Assembly: GCA_054661495.1 (NCBI GenBank)
Contig: BAAFSQ010000400.1
Coordinates: 1-7,720, forward strand
Origin: Zygophlyctis sp. KS116
Taxonomy: Eukaryota; Fungi; Chytridiomycota
DNA length: 7,720 bases
Direction: 5' to 3'
This document shows positions 7,143 through 7,720 of the stretch, piece by piece (position 1 is the first letter of the stretch; each line of letters opens with the position of its first letter). Below the pieces are notes generated by a model that had not been told where the DNA came from, did not search any database, and saw nothing but the letters and a program-made list of their open reading frames with translations. The position numbers and the translations under genes are program-made.

Positions 7143-7720
7143 GTCTTAGGCCTTGACCACGGCAAATTTCACATATCGGGGCCATTTTAGGATGACATGT
7201 GCAGCAGGAGGAAGGATTTCGGTTGTGCTGACATTTTTCATCCATATGTTTTGCTTGAACTTTTAAGGCAGAAGAAGTTGACTGTTTCGGATGTTGTGTA
7301 ATTTCTTCGCGTAAAAACTTTGGCTCCAAGTTGAAGAAGTGTTGCATCAGTAGTAGCAGGATTTTCAAGTACCCTTCGTAGAAGAAAAATCGGCTGGTAG
7401 GGCGGAAAGTGCTATGAGGGCAACAAGTGTTGAAACGTTAATCGTTTCGCTATCCTCATTGGCGGCTTTAAAGGTAAGAATAAAGTCTCTTAGTTTAGTG
7501 AACTCTTTTGAAGTCACCAGAAACAAAAGGGAAAGCGCACAGCTCCTTTATAGTTTGAATTTGGGTGGGGATAGATTTGGACGCAAACTTTGTTTTAAGA
7601 ATGGTCTAGCACTGTTTAGCGGTGGTAGCATCGATCAGAAAGTATCGAACTCCTTCAGAGACATTTGAAGTGATGGCGAGCAATGCTAGAGGCTCATTCT
7701 TTGGAGAATCATCGGGAGAA
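7143..7720 (-). pseudogene. gag: Ty1/copia gag (UBN2-like plus Cys/His region) pseudogene, running off the window end
   Basis: ALLAITSNVSEGVRYFLIDATTAKQC*TILKTKF (TAG at 7606-7608 where the family Trp is expected); then frameshifted LVALIALSALPADFSS; then LREE...CQHNRNPSSCCTCHP..PICEICRGQG. It is collinear with protease and integrase on the same strand (copia order). Confidence 0.8.

Noticed and set aside
515-7668. ORF-track entries 515-709, 1141-1347, 1436-1669, 1460-1651, 3860-4099, 4459-4680, 4708-4932, 5376-5573, 6549-6752 and 7414-7668 as real genes
   Set aside because: They are short, carry no recognisable motif, and are mostly antisense or off-frame shadows of the fragments called above or run across LTR junctions.
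1-7720. Alternative genetic code (TAA/TAG read as Gln) explaining the in-frame stops
   Set aside because: Stops fall where Trp or Ser is expected (7606-7608; NA*NN near 1958), TGA stops and many frameshifts also occur, and CAA/CAG are used normally. Ordinary pseudogenisation explains them.

Overview
This is AT-rich (roughly one-third GC by eye) eukaryotic DNA, probably fungal or protist, made almost entirely of nested and decayed transposable elements. I find no intact cellular gene, RNA gene or CRISPR array. From left to right it holds: a 114-bp LTR fragment (208-321); a split hAT-like transposase remnant; a + strand Ty1/copia gag remnant; two abutting, different hAT transposase pseudogenes; a Ty3/gypsy RT-RNase H remnant with an exactly mappable ~210-bp internal inversion; an unidentified Cys-motif pseudogene on the - strand with a candidate 26-nt intron; and a - strand Ty1/copia element (gag-protease-integrase). 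That copia element is broken by a probable hAT C-terminal fragment and by two nested solo LTRs, each with its own perfect 5-bp target-site duplication. Short TTAGGG-type tracts sit at or near some junctions. All family calls come from motifs recognised in manual translation, not from database searches. I see no convincing evidence of a new functional system. The best leads are structural (nested solo LTRs, micro-inversion, telomere-like junction filler) plus the unidentified pseudogene.
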